DNA of 64,000 bases from Phaeosaccion multiseriatum. Lineage: Eukaryota > Protista > Ochrophyta, other classes. Position numbers and translations under genes: made by a program. The notes beneath the pieces were generated by a model. That model searched no databases and had not been told where the DNA came from. It was given only the letters and a program-made list of their open reading frames with translations. Of this stretch, positions 28,572 to 41,199 are shown piece by piece. Where the stretch lies: NCBI GenBank assembly GCA_965112735.1, contig OZ218952.1, forward strand, positions 2,728,001-2,792,000, given 5' to 3'. The first letter of the stretch is position 1; every line of letters begins with the position of its first letter.

Positions 28572-31121
28572 CCCCGTGGCCACCATCCCTCCCCCCTCGC
28601 CCTCTCTCCCTTGGCCACCATCTCTTATCCCTCACCCCTGACCCGTCACCCCTGACCCGTCACCCCTGACTCACCGAAGGCCTGCATGGTCCTGGCGAAG
28701 GCTTGTTGCCCGTTGGTGCGGTGGGGCACAGGCTGCTGGCCCTGGCTTGGATCCCATGATGGATCATCCTGAGCTTGGTGGGGTGTGCTCTGCTCTCCTT
28801 GCCCTCGCCGTTGCTCTTGCCGTTGCCCGTCCTGTGGCCCTTGACCTGTGCTCTCGTGCGGGAGTAAGTTTGTCTTGGTGTAGCGAAAGTCTTGCCACTG
28901 CTTGCCTTTGAGCAAGAGGCGTTCCTGTGAATACGACAGACAGATTACGGAATGAGGTGCACATGTATGAGTGTATATGCGGGGTCAGGGGGCGTGGGTG
29001 CGGTGGGTATCAAGTAGATGCTGAGGTAGAGAGACGAAAAGGGAGGGAACGACCAGGGGGAGGGGGAGAGAGAGATAGAGAGAGGGAGAGAGAGAAATAG
29101 AGGATAGGAGGGGAGTATAGGAGGAGGGAAGAAAACAACAGGCCGGCCACAGCCCACTATGAACAAAGGGAAGAGCTGCCCCTTGCCCATCTTGAATCTC
29201 TTACCTTGACGTCCTCCGGGGCGTGCAGCAGCTGGTACAGTATGTGGTAATTTGCCCCACTCGCCTTGCCGATGACCCGCCGGCGCTCGAAGGGTAGGAC
29301 GCTGGTGCGCACGCCGATGAGCTTGAGCGACTCCGAACAGAAGAGGAGCTTCCTCAGGCTGCCCACCCGGCTGCTGTTCCAGTTGGCCCCCTGTGTATGT
29401 ATGTGTGTGTGTGTGCGCGTGTGCGTGCGTGTGTATATATACGTATGTATGTATGTATGTGCAAGAATGTGTGTGTTTGTTGCCGGGAAAGTGATGACGA
29501 CAACTCCAAAGCCAGACTCAGACACACAGCCAACACGCCCCTCCTCGCCGCCAGCCCGCGCTTGGCCTCGCTACGCACCGTGCTAGCGTGAGCAAAGGCC
29601 TGCACGAGCGTGTTCGCGGCTCTAGTCTGGAGCCCAAACTGGGCAGCATCGGGGTCTCTGGTCCCGTCGTACGAGCCACGCGTGGTCGCCAGTCTGTGGA
29701 GATGCTGCAGGAGCAGAGCCGCGCTCTCGGTCTTGCCGGAGCCGCTCTCGCCGTGCAGGATGATCTGCGCCACAGCAGCAAGCAGCAGGAACAGTAGGAG
29801 GAGGAGGAGGAGGAGGAGGAGGAGGAGGAGGAGGAGGAGGGGGAGGAAGAAGCGGCGGTTTGAGATTATGGCCTTTGCCATAGAACAAGAGGGCATCGGG
29901 AACGTTCCGACTCAGTAGCCCATGCGCGAGGGAGAGCTCTCTGCCTTACCGTTTGGCTCTTTCGCTCCTCTACCATGCCCCAGTACACTCCAGCGCTAGT
30001 GCCTGGGGTGGATCGCCATGGAGGGGAGAGGAGGAAGGTGTGTTTCTCAGGTCAGAGGAGAGAATAGTATGCGCGCAAAACAGCCGATGGCAAACCACCA
30101 CTACTGGGACTTTGTCTGCGGCTAGGGTAGTGTTCAAGGGATGGGCCGACAGGGTAACTGTACAAGTGAACGCGTAAGTGCATTCTGTCTGGCGTGAGCT
30201 GTGCTTGCTTCACGTCCACTCTGTTACCGCCTACCGTACCGTAGAGATGAGGCTCAAGATCCACCGCGTTGAACTCAATGTACTGCTCCTGCGTGTTGTC
30301 TGTGAGGGATGGAGCAACAGTAGGAGGAAGGGGTGGGGGTTGGTGGAAGCCATGACCTCGGAGCACGCGCACACCACGCTGGAGACACCACTGTGCGCGA
30401 CTGCTGCGCGTCGCGAGCGAAAGAAAGTGAGAGAGAGGGAGACAATGGAGAGCACGACTCTCTCGCTGTTTTTTCACAGATGGCAGCGCGTGCAGTCAAA
30501 ACCCAAGTCTGCCCATTCATCCCTCGCAGCCTTCTCCGATAAGCCAAGTCAAGCCATGCTCTCTCCTCCTCTCCACAGTACAGCACCTGAGAAAAGGTCT
30601 CTCGCGTTCACTCCGGGGTGGGGCCTGACTGCAAGCAGGACCTGCCCCGTCAGTGTGTATGGCTTGCCGCGCATCCACCTCCTTCGCAGCACGTACAGGG
30701 CGCCTGCGGCGTGAAGGTGGGACAGCTCCACAAGATCAACCACGCCCGTCCCACGATTTGCTTCCTCGTCGTAGCCCTGCATCCCATCATCATCGGGGAG
30801 GCGCTTCGGTAACGCCTTTAAGCCCAGCTTGGAGAGGTCCACCTCCCGCTTCTTCGCTGATTGCTTGAACAGGCCACTACTACTCTGAGGCATGTCGCTG
30901 CCAAACCCCTCCCCCGTGGAGGCAGCGGGTCCATCTTCGACGGAAACGACATACACGCCTTTGGTCACACGCTTTTTCACTACTGCAGGGACCCAGCAAA
31001 GCTTTTCGTCCGGGACAAACACGCAGTTCTTTACGTTCACTGTTGCCTCGCTGCCACCTCTACCGCTCCTCTTGCGAGCGCTAGTCTGGCCTCCCTCGTC
31101 ATCTCTGCTGGTGTCGGTCAT
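22244..31121 (-). CDS. Divergent myosin heavy chain (N-terminal SH3-like region, motor, IQ, charged helical tail), many exons
   Basis: [13 protein letters not shown]; DLVELSHLH...[14 protein letters not shown]; P-loop GESGSGKTE; AFAHAST|[10 protein letters not shown]; NYHILYQLL; [11 protein letters not shown]; [18 protein letters not shown]; [10 protein letters not shown]; [11 protein letters not shown]; [12 protein letters not shown]; HVVCIRPN; QLKVAGVL; IQ motif ARAIQRCWR. Confidence 0.88.
23195..23745. repeat. (CCAT)n intronic array, with CCATCCACTG decamer variants
   Basis: Directly visible. Confidence 0.95.
24941..25290. repeat. (CACT)n intronic array
   Basis: Directly visible. Confidence 0.95.
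25808..25966. repeat. 11-bp minisatellite (GTAAGCCACAC)n starting at a myosin 5' splice site
   Basis: About 14 tandem copies are visible. Confidence 0.9.
26693..26862. repeat. Decamer-based minisatellite (GGATGGCATT/GGATGGTATT)n
   Basis: Directly visible; intronic. Confidence 0.85.
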
Positions 31122-31587
31122 CCAGCTGCTGCTGCCAACACCGACCAGGGCCCCCCCTTCCTAGTTTCGGCTCCTCCTACTGCTCTTTCCTCCAGCCTTT
31201 TTGCTGCTGCCGCTGCAGTAGCAGCTGCTGCTCCAGGGTTCGTCCTCGGGACTCGACTCCAGCCCTACGCTTTCAATCACCTGTTGTTTTTAGCCCTATA
31301 TGGGGAGTGCGAAGAGCAGCCAGAATTTCTGTAACGTTACGATGCTTCTGTGTGAGTTTCAGCTCTCCGCCCCAAAATGGACGGAAAGTTCCTTCGATCT
31401 CTTCACCCCTGTTTTCCTGTCTTCATTTCCAGGACCCCCTCCTTCCGTATTTGTTGCAGAGAAGGTGAAGCGGAGCACGTCCGAGAAAGGAGAAACAGGA
31501 GGAAAGACATCCGAAGGCCAGAGCATAAAAATAAGACGTTTAGCGGCTGACTAAGGCCTTCAACAAGGGGTGGGAAAGAATTCAACA

Positions 31588-31890
31588 ATGAAAGAAATGA
31601 AGGACATGGACATGAATACGATAACAGATCATCCGAGCGCGGGCGCGGAGCCCGTGCCGGTGGTGGTATTGCCGGTGGGGGGGAGAGGGGGGGGCGGGGC
31701 AAGACCTGGAGTGGGTAACGTCGGCGTCCAGCGACAAACGGCACCTGGCACAGGCCGCTGGGCGTCAGATCTGTACGACTGCTCCTCAAGAGAAGAAGCA
31801 TGTAAGGACTGTGTCTCGAGATCCTCTTCTCCTTTCCCTCTCTCGCGCTCTCTCTCCCGCTCTTCTCTCCAGCTCTCTCTCATCTCTCTC

Positions 31891-31946
<56 letters not shown>

Positions 31947-32485
31947 TTCTCCTTCTCTCCTCTACTCGGCACCCTCTTTTATTGATTTTTTTTGCTCCGT
32001 TCAGGTTGGTGGTCTTGCTGGTGCCCAGTGCTGGTGTCCGCACGGACTTCGCAGCTGTTCGGTTTTGGATCTTCACCTGGTTACTTGTGCTTTTTCTTTT
32101 GTGCACTAGTTTTATACGTTCTTATGTTCTTAGTCTTCGGCATAGGCGCCATCTTCCTCTTCCCTGTCGGAGTCTGCGTGTAAGTACAAAGCTCTTGTGT
32201 CTACACAGAGAGGTCCACCCCGCCTGCCGTTCGTTCGCACCATCTCCCCTTGCACTTGTCTTGACCATCCCCTTCCCTCCCGGCTCACTCACTCCACCAT
32301 CAGAACTCGCGGCACGATGCGGTCGCGCATCCGCGAGGAGCGCCTGTCCATCCCCGGCTCTCGGCTGGAGGACTGCTGCCTCCATACCTTCTGCTGCCCG
32401 TGTGCGCTGGCCCAAGAGGCGAGGGAGGCGGAGGAGCACGACTTTCCCTTGATTGACTTTTGCTCTGGCCAGGTGCTCCAGGTGC

Positions 32486-32535
<50 letters not shown>

Positions 32536-34830
32536 GTGGTGTTTGTGTGTGTGTTTGTTTGTACACGTTGACAAGAAGGAATGGTGCATGCGGCATGTGG
32601 CAATTTCCCCCTCATTGCTACACACAAACTGTGTCTTGTCGTTGGGATTGACTCACAGAGGGCGACGCACTACCACTGCGATAGACCGCAAGACCTGTCT
32701 TGCTGCTTATTCTTGCTGCCCCCCCCCCCTCCCCACTTGTACGTGTGTACTGCGACACTCTACGCCACCAAAAGGTGGTGGAGGAGGGCCACGAGGAGAG
32801 GGCAGAGGAGGACGCCGGAACCACCCTCAAGGGGGAGTTTTCCAACCTGTCTTCCTTTAGCCGCCTCATCCTCGGCTTTTCGGGGGCGGTTTTCCTGCTC
32901 GCCATAGCTCTACTGGGTGACCTTGGCTCGACGTTGGTGCTGTTCCTCATGTTTGTACAGCCCTGCGTGGTGCTCTACTTCGTGTATTGGAAGAGCCATC
33001 GGAGGTGAGGGAGGGATGGCGAGCGAGAGATAGAGATGGAGAGAGAGAGAGACAGAGAGAGAGGTGTGGGGGATGGTAATTTTGTGTGTGTGTGTGTGTA
33101 CAAGGGTACGGGGATTGCACTTGGCTAGAGTCCGTTTGAGGGCAGGTGGTTCGCTAGGGAGTCAGCTTGATGGCGCCCACTCCTCCCCTCTCGATGAGGG
33201 CTCGATGGCAATAGATGGTGTGTGCTTGAGGCGAGGGGTGTCTTCGCTCTTCACCTGCATTTGGCTTGCAGCGATGAATAACATCAGCCCCCGCTACTGC
33301 CCCCCCCCCCCCACCTCCTCCTCCTCCTCCTCCTCCTCCTCCTCCTCCTCCTCCTCCTCCTCCTCCTCCTCCTCCTCCCTCCTGTAGAGACGCCGTGTTC
33401 GACATCGTAGTAAAGATGTTCGCCGTGGGCTTCTGGTGGACCTCGATAGCAACGTCCCTTCTGGAGGGCATTGTAATGCTCGTGTACACGCTCCTCGTGG
33501 GCCTCACCATGGGCGCCGGCGAAATTACACCTGACGGCGGCGATGGTGATGGAAGCACCCCCAGCGATGCGGCCGCCACTTTCTACCAGTGAGTGAGAGC
33601 TGTTGTACAAACGAACAGGCAGAATGTAATTCACATGGGTTTTCTTCTCCACTGGCTTTTTGTTATGGTCTGTCAGATGGTGGACCCCTTTTTGTGTGTT
33701 TCTTCATCTTTCGTCACCCCTGCACCTCGACCCTTGACCCGATGACCCTTGGCCCCTGATCCCCTCTGCTTGCCCCGCCTCTGCCGCCCCACCCCTTTGC
33801 CCTCCTCTGTGTTTCCTCCGCAGTGATCACCCCGTCCAAGCCGTCGTGTTCGTCTTCTTCTCTGCGTTTATCGTCGCTGCCACCATCGAAGAGGTGAGCA
33901 CGTGGGTAGAATTTGGGGGTGGGCGGATCCCCTCTCCCCTTTCCTCACCGCTGTACTCCTCCTCCTCCTCCTCCTCCTCCTCCTCCTCCTCCTCCTCCTC
34001 CTCCTCCTCCTCCTCCTCCTCCTCCTCCTCCTCCTCCTCCTCCTGTTCCTGTTCCTGTTCATCCTCCGCCCCCGCCTCCTCCTCCTCCTCCTCAGACGAT
34101 GAAGCACTTCATCGTGCGGTGCTGCAAATTTCATCATGCGCCGCGTAACCAGTACACCATTATCATTTACATGGTGGCCGGAGCGCTGGGCTTCGCCACC
34201 TTCGAGAACATTCTGTACGTCGAACATGCATACCTCTAGAATGCGCCATCTAGTGCCATGTAGTGCCAGCGGTTCCTACATGGTATAGTAGGACCAAGCC
34301 TGACCACCGAATGTATAGCTCTGCAGATGGGCCTTGTACTCCGTCCCTACTATACACCACACCGCCCCCCTCTCGTCCACTCCCTGTCCACTGCTCTCGC
34401 GCCTCACTCTTTTGCCCCTCTCTATGTGATGCCTTTCCCCACACGCATACGTGTCCCCTTTGCTTCCCTTCTCTTCTCTTGCCCCCCCCCTCCCCTCAGT
34501 TACGTGCTGCAAGCCAAGAAGGGAGATCTGTTCCCGCACTCGTCAGTCACTCGCTTCGAGACGGAGCTCTTCGTGCTGACCTTGCGTCTGCTTATGCCCA
34601 TTCATCCTATATGCGCCTTCATACAGGTGCGCGCGAGACGAGGCACTGAAACGCGCAGACGAAGGAGACGAGAGAGAGGAGGGGGAGGGGGGGCGGGGGC
34701 GGCAAAAGAAGTGTCTGAATGAACGCCTCATGCGGCGAGAGCGTTCGAGTGTTTGATGGTCTGTCTGCACGTACACTCCACTTAACGCATGTTGTTGTTG
34801 ATGACTTACGATAGCTCTGGTTTCTTCTTC

Positions 34831-34914
<84 letters not shown>

Positions 34915-35769
34915 CGTCGTCGTTGTTGTTGTTGTTATTGTTGCGTGCTGCTGTTGTGATTTCCATCTCGTCGGGCAGGGCATGAACACCGCCAAGCGGG
35001 ACCTTGAAGTGAAGAACGTTCGCTTGTTCCACATCCTCTTTCCGGCCATCCTCCTGCACGGCACTTTCGACTTTGTGCAGATGCTGCTGGGCGTCATCCA
35101 GGTGCGTATCACACTGCAATGCAGAGAGCGAATAGCCTACCCCAAAGCCCAGAGGCAGGCCAAGCCATGCTAAACCACGCTGAGTCAAGGCAAGGCAAGG
35201 CAAGGCAAGGCGCGCAGGCATATGAGTGCTTTCGTGGGGCGTGCTTTTGCTTCCGTGGGGTATGCTACGCTCGACCCAGTTCTTCCTCGCTTCTCCCACC
35301 TTTCCCCTCCTCCTGCTTTGTGCAGCAGAGAACGAAGCGAATCTGTTGACCCTCCCTGACACACGCTACGCTGAACAGGCTGTTCAATCGAGTCCAATCC
35401 CAACCCAGCCCCCCCCACACACACCGCCACCCTCTCCGCCTCTTGCTTGCCGTGGTGTGGTGATGTGGAAATGCCCTGCCTCCACAGGCGGCGCTGGGCA
35501 TCGACAGCCCGGCCCTCTCTATGTGCGGTATCTTCCTGGGCCTCTTCATCACGGTGGTATCCATCTACTGCGTGCGACAGAACTACAGAAAGCAGGAGGA
35601 GCGAATCCTCAACTCGGCAGTGTGGCAGAGGCTGGGGGACGTGGACGACGACGACGACAACGAGGAGGAGGAGGAGCAGGAGGAGGGCAGAGCGAAGCGA
35701 CGCGGGGCAGCAGCAGTAGCAGGAGGAGGAGGAGAAGGAGGAGGGTTCCCCCAGCGGAACATGATGTAA
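31588..35769 (+). CDS. PLAC8-domain / PrsW-family intramembrane protease fusion protein, ~10 exons
   Basis: PLAC8 motifs: WASDLYDC...CWWSCWCP...RSRIREERLSIPGSRLEDCCLHTFCCPCALAQEARE. PrsW motifs: AATIEE|TMKH, GALGFATFENIL|Y, RLLMPIHPI, PAILLHGTFD. Confidence 0.8.
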
Positions 35770-37513
35770 GAGTAAAACCCTGGGTGGGCGGACACACCCG
35801 TTACCCGTTTAGCGGACATCGCCTACCCCCCCCCCCCCTTTTTCTTCTTTAGTCACTACTGGCCTGCACTTGCCTCCCTGTCTTGGCCCTGCCTCTTACG
35901 AACACATTGCCACCTTTAGAAGTCGGAAGTACGTTAATTATTTGATATTATTACGTACGCAACCCTCGATATTCACCCCTCTTCTTCCCCTCCCTCCTGG
36001 GGCGCTTCAGCGCTCTGCCCGCTCGAGACTTGGCACCCCGATGTCGTCGTTCTCCTCTTGCCCTCTATCTCCTTCGCCTGATTGTTTGGCCTCTCCTTCG
36101 TCCACCGGTACGCCTGTTCCCTCCTCCTCCTGCATCCTGCATCGCCTCCAGCGCAGCGCCGACCGACTGTCTTCGCCTCCCTCTTTGCTCATGACGCTCT
36201 CGGCCCGTCGCAGCCATCATGTTGTCCGGCCATTGCAATGGGGGCAACGCTGTAGCCGGAACAGCAGCGGCAGCAGAGGCCATGAGCAGGCCGAGGAATG
36301 TTTTTCTGGGGTGTTATTACTTTTAGTACCTTACGTAAGTACCCTACGTAAGGGAATTGGGTGTCTGTCCGCTGGGGAAATGGCCCCCCCTCGCTCCCCC
36401 CCCCCCCTTTTTCCCACTTTCCAGAGGTGCGTGTGACTTTCTGCTCAGCGTCCAGAGTAGCCATAGGCAAGGGAGGCACAATAAAGCCATCAGAACCTCA
36501 AACAACCTGTATCCTTCGGAGTTTTAGCGGCAAAACCGATTAGCTGTCCGTTCACCCAGGTTATACTCTGTTTAAGTCGTTCTTTCAAATCCTCGCCAGA
36601 CGAGAAGTAGAGCGTTCTCGGCTGAGGGTTTCCGGTGAGACGTGTGGCGCGATCCAACTAGCGAGGAGCCATCACACAGGCGATCAGGGGGAAGGAAGCC
36701 AAGGAGGTGCCCCGAGGGGGCGAGATGCACGATGGGCAATGCCGTTGGCCAAACCCCCGTTTCCAGAGCCTTGGAGGCCTCCCAACGTTCTCCCTGTGGT
36801 GGGCATGAAAGCTCAAGCTGACATGCGGCGACCTTCAGAGCGTCAAACCCCAAGCGCTGATTGCTGCGATTGCTGCGATTGTTGCGATTGTTGCGGGCGC
36901 AGATAGACCCTGGTCGGTCGCTTTTGGGCTACACGGACTTATGCGTGGGGGTTTCCCCCTCCTCCTGGCTGGTTGTATGATCGAATGGTCAGGGAGAAAG
37001 CAGGAAGAAGCCTTGGCCCTCATCATTGCCTTATTACATGGCTTTCCCCCAGAACCTGGAACCTTAGGGTTAGGAAGCAGGGTCGCCTCAGAAGCATGTC
37101 AGGGGCGATAATATATATACACACCTTTTAAGTGCCATCTATGATGTGAGATGAGGGGATGATCCATATATATTACACCCTTAAGAGATGAGGGGATGAG
37201 AAGGATAATATTACACCCTTAAGTGCCATCTATGATTGTCTAAAAGTAATGTCGCATCGCCCCGGGGAACTTAGTCCCCGAGGTCGTATCCCTCCGATGC
37301 GTTAGTTCTCCCGATTGGCATAAAGTTGATGCCAGCCAGGATCCTATGGCGAATCGATCTATCATACAATATCGAGCCCGCTGGAGCGCGACGGCTAGAC
37401 GCCGCCGTTTCCCCTTTTTGGAGAACCAACTCTTGAACTAAGGAGCCACCGCCAGCCGAAAAAGCCTATACAGGTGTGGCAGGATAGGAAGGGTTTGGAA
37501 GAAAAGGATAAAG

Positions 37514-39433
37514 ATGGAGGGGAGCAGTCTCGAAGCTTCTCTCTCGGAGGCTCTGCAGGCTGAGGTTCGGCTTGTGTCTGAATCAAAGGTACAATCCCTC
37601 TGGGCGGGCTACGGTGAGGTCGTGCGGCTGGAGCTGGAGCTGAGCAAGAGCAGGAAGAGCAACAGCAGCAGTGCTAACAACGGACGAAGGCGTGTGGTGA
37701 TGAAGAGAGTGCGCCCTCCGAGCGGAGAATCTGGTGCCTCCCACGAAAGGAAACTCAAGTCTTATGAGGTGGAGGCAGCCTTCTACAGCTCTCCGGGTGG
37801 TGCAGCCCTACGCTTTCTCGCTCAGCAGCAGCACGAGACAGACACCCCCCACGTGGACGATTGCGATGCATGCTTTTCCAACGACGTTTCTACCGCGACA
37901 ATCCCACACCCCATAATAGCCAAACCTGCCGAGGAGGGGGGAGGTACGTTTGCGCTTGTTCTGAGCGACATGTCCCCTCGCTTTAGAGCGGGGTACGGGC
38001 TGCAGTCCGAAGCTGAAGTGGACGGTGTGCTGGAGTGGATGGCGAGCTTTCACGCCTGCTTCTGGGGAAAGCCTCCGCCAGAAGGGCTGTGGGAGGAGGG
38101 TAGCTACTGGCACCTCGGCACGCGGTGAGTCAGAGCGTGTGCATCTGTTGTGATTATCTATGAGAAGATTTTCCGTTCTCCATTCATGGTGTGTGTGTGT
38201 GTGTCTTGGTCTGGATTTACCCTCGCGCCTCTGCTCTCCCCCGCACTTACTGCCAACCCACTTCCTCATCCTATGCACCGACTCTCTCTGTGTGCATCAA
38301 ATCGATGTCGATATCGGCAGTCGGGATGAATTCGACTCGCTGCAGGGTAGCAAAAAGTGGAGGAAGATGTGGCTGGCGGCCAAGGGCATCGATCGGCGTC
38401 TGAGGGGGTTGGACGTGGACGGAAACCGACCTCAGCAGGAGGCCCAGGAAGGGATAGAGCAAGGGAAAGCAGCGGCTTCTCCTTCTTATCAGTACCGCAC
38501 ACTTGTTCATGGTGATGCTAAAGACGCGAGTGAGTAGACTCCGTGACATTCAGTTCATTCGCCTCACTCCATGTATCACCGGCAAGGATTTGCAAGGTGT
38601 CTAGAATGCTCAACTCGCTGTTCTTCTTGCTTCATTGTACCTCACTCCCACCCCCACTTTGCCTTCGCTTTCTTGTGTCGGGGACCGCACACCCCAAAAC
38701 CACTTTGCAGACATCATGTTCCATAGGAGGAGTGGGGGGGGCGCCGCGACAGCAGCGCTCTACGACTTTCAGTACGTTGGTGGGGGCTACGGCAGCAGGG
38801 ACTTAGCCTACCTCTTCTGCTCGAGTTTCAGCAGTGACTTGCTGGACGATAAGGGAGGCGGAGAGGGGGAAGGGGCGAGGGCGCTCTTGAGGTGCGTGGG
38901 TGCGCGTTGAAGCGTTGTGCGTCCAGGGGAAAAGCGGTTTGTTTTTTTACCTGCGGACAGTGCAGTGCCTGGTGACTGACTGCTCACTCGACCTTTACCC
39001 TGAAGTTATGTTTCTCTGTCTCTCTCTGTCTCTCTCTCTCTCTCACACACACAACACATACACAATCGTGTTTTTTATCTCCCAAACGAAACTGTGTGTG
39101 CATCGTACGTACGGTGTCGCCCTCAGGCGCTACCACCAACTTCTGACAGCCAAACTTGCCGCTACAGCTAAAGGGGCGGCAGAAACGGAAACCAACAACC
39201 CCAACGGAGACTCACCTGAGCCCTCGCCTCTCTTCCCCTTCTCCGTGCTCTGCGACCAGTTTGATCTGGCCATTACGGACTATGTTCGTTTCATGGCCGG
39301 CTGGGGTATGTGGGGCAACGACGGATGGGCCTGTCGGTGGGCGGATAGAGTGCTGCAACGCCTCGATGGGGGACAGCATCTGTCCACAGAGGAGGCGTAC
39401 GTTGAAGCCGTCTACCGTGAGTATCCCTTGTAG
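37514..39433 (+). CDS. Ecdysteroid-kinase-like / aminoglycoside-choline phosphotransferase family protein; 4 exons
   Basis: QSLWAGYGEVVR, SHERKLKSYEVEAAFY, GLWEEGSYWHLGTR, TLVHGDAKDA|NIMF, YDFQYVGGG, DYVRFMAGWG. Confidence 0.85.
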
Positions 39434-39921
39434 GGCCCTCTTGTAGGGTACGTACGGTAGAAGGAGGTGATGACTGACTGACGACAGTGGCGTGGCTCGT
39501 GGATGGTGGTGGACGGCCGGGCGCCAGTGGGAGTCGGAGACCTCAAGTGCCTTCCACTTGGCCCCTCTTCCCTCGTTCTTGTTCAAGAAAGCCAATATTT
39601 GGAGAAGAATTTTCGTTCCAGTTCGCTGTGCGTCGTTGTCCGCTATCCAAGGCCTCTCCGAGAAAGCTTGCATAGTGAAGGGGAGCGTGTGTTCGAATCA
39701 CCACCTCCACAGGGAGCGAGTGGTGATGGGGTTCGAAGCAGCACCACTATCGTTGCGCAATATCGATCCCTTCGACATCGTCAGAGCTCCTCCCATGTCA
39801 GACCAGTGGAGCGCCTGAGGCGGAAAGGGCGACACTCAAGCCGTCATTCTGCCCTTTGTTTCCCTCCCCTGTCCTCCTCCTGCTCCTCACTCCAAGCCAT
39901 GTTTGTCCGCTCACTCAGAGA

Positions 39922-40933
39922 TCACATATCCTTGTCGTGCCTCGAAAAGCGCTTGCTGTTGTTGTTGTTGTTGTTGTTGTCCCATCCCAGGAAGCCTCTG
40001 ACCATTCCTCCGGCGAATCCGAGCACGTCCGCAGGAGAAGGTAGCCACGCCCCACCTCCCTTGGTGCCGTGCTCCAGATACTGCGCCTGCAACTCCTCCT
40101 CCTTGTGCATCCAAACGTGTCTTGTGCCCCTTAATTGGTGGAGGAGCTCCTGTGTGGTGCGAGGACACAGGCACGCAGCGAAATATGTCAAGAAGAGGCG
40201 TAATCTTGCCTTGCATCCCAGGAGAGCCAAGCGTCAGCCCCCTTCTATCTGCCGGTCTTTCATCCAACTAAATGAATACGATGAGGAGGGCCCACTACGC
40301 GGTGTCCACTCCGTTTCCCCCCACACTCACCATTTCGTTTCCGTCTCCGGTAGCGGAGGGCGAAAGCGGGCGCTCCTTCACTTCTGAAAGCCAGGCCCAG
40401 CACATCCCCACCACCAGTCCGAACATACTTAGAGGAGGCATGATGGAAAAGCTAAACACTGGGGCCAGCTCCAAGGAGGAAGAGACTAGCCACGCCAGCG
40501 CCCAGCCGAAGCACATCCCAATTACCCATCCAATTATGATGGGGCGCCGATTCATTGCGGCGATCTGTTCCAGCAGGGCGCAACAAACCATGTGCCAAGG
40601 GAGAGTGAGCCAGGGTCAGAGTACGGACCGCAGGGAATCTCCAGCCACATCCTGTCTCTTCTTCCCTCCTCCCAGTATGACTTCTCTGTCCGGGAGCTTG
40701 GCGCATCTTACCTGCATTCTTGCCTGAATATGCTTCTCTCTCTTTAGCAAGCCCCTGAGCCCCAGCTCCGCCTCGTGCCTCCCCGCTTCGGCATTCTGCG
40801 CCCTCGCCTCGAGCGCCTCTCTCTGCTCTTCAAGCTCAGCCTTTAGGGCCTTGCATGTGGCCAATGCCACATCTCGCTGAGAAGTCAGCTCATCTTCATA
40901 CGCCCAGTCTATATCGGAGCTTTCATCCTCCAT
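39922..40933 (-). CDS. Uncharacterised coiled-coil plus two-transmembrane protein (3' exons uncertain)
   Basis: The exon 40933-40712 is coiled-coil-like and ends in a GT donor. The next exon carries hydrophobic segments (IIIGWVIGMCFGWALAWLV; MFGLVVGMCWAWL). Confidence 0.45.
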
Positions 40934-41199
40934 ACGTGTGCGGTGTGGGGTTTTTCAAGATCTCAACTGTCCGATGTCCGCCGTCGAGCCAGCCCAGCTG
41001 TGAGTCTCAGGAAGTAGAGAACCACCATGCGAAGAAAAGCCTCCTTTCTCCGTCCCTCTCTCCACATTGCCCAACTTCCTCCACCCTTCTCCTTCTTCTT
41101 TTCTCTCACGGTTCCCCTCTGTCTTTAAACGACCCTCTCTCATGTTTCGAAGAAGAGAAAGGAGGGGAATCATGGGTTAGCCCCTGCATTTCGCCATCG

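Noticed and set aside
37250-37395. Structured ncRNA (several short stems)
   Set aside because: It matches no tRNA or snRNA motif I know, and the stems are short enough to be chance.
37514-39433. Recent bacterial HGT of the phosphotransferase
   Set aside because: The gene has three normal spliceosomal introns and host-like composition, and recency cannot be supported without a phylogeny.
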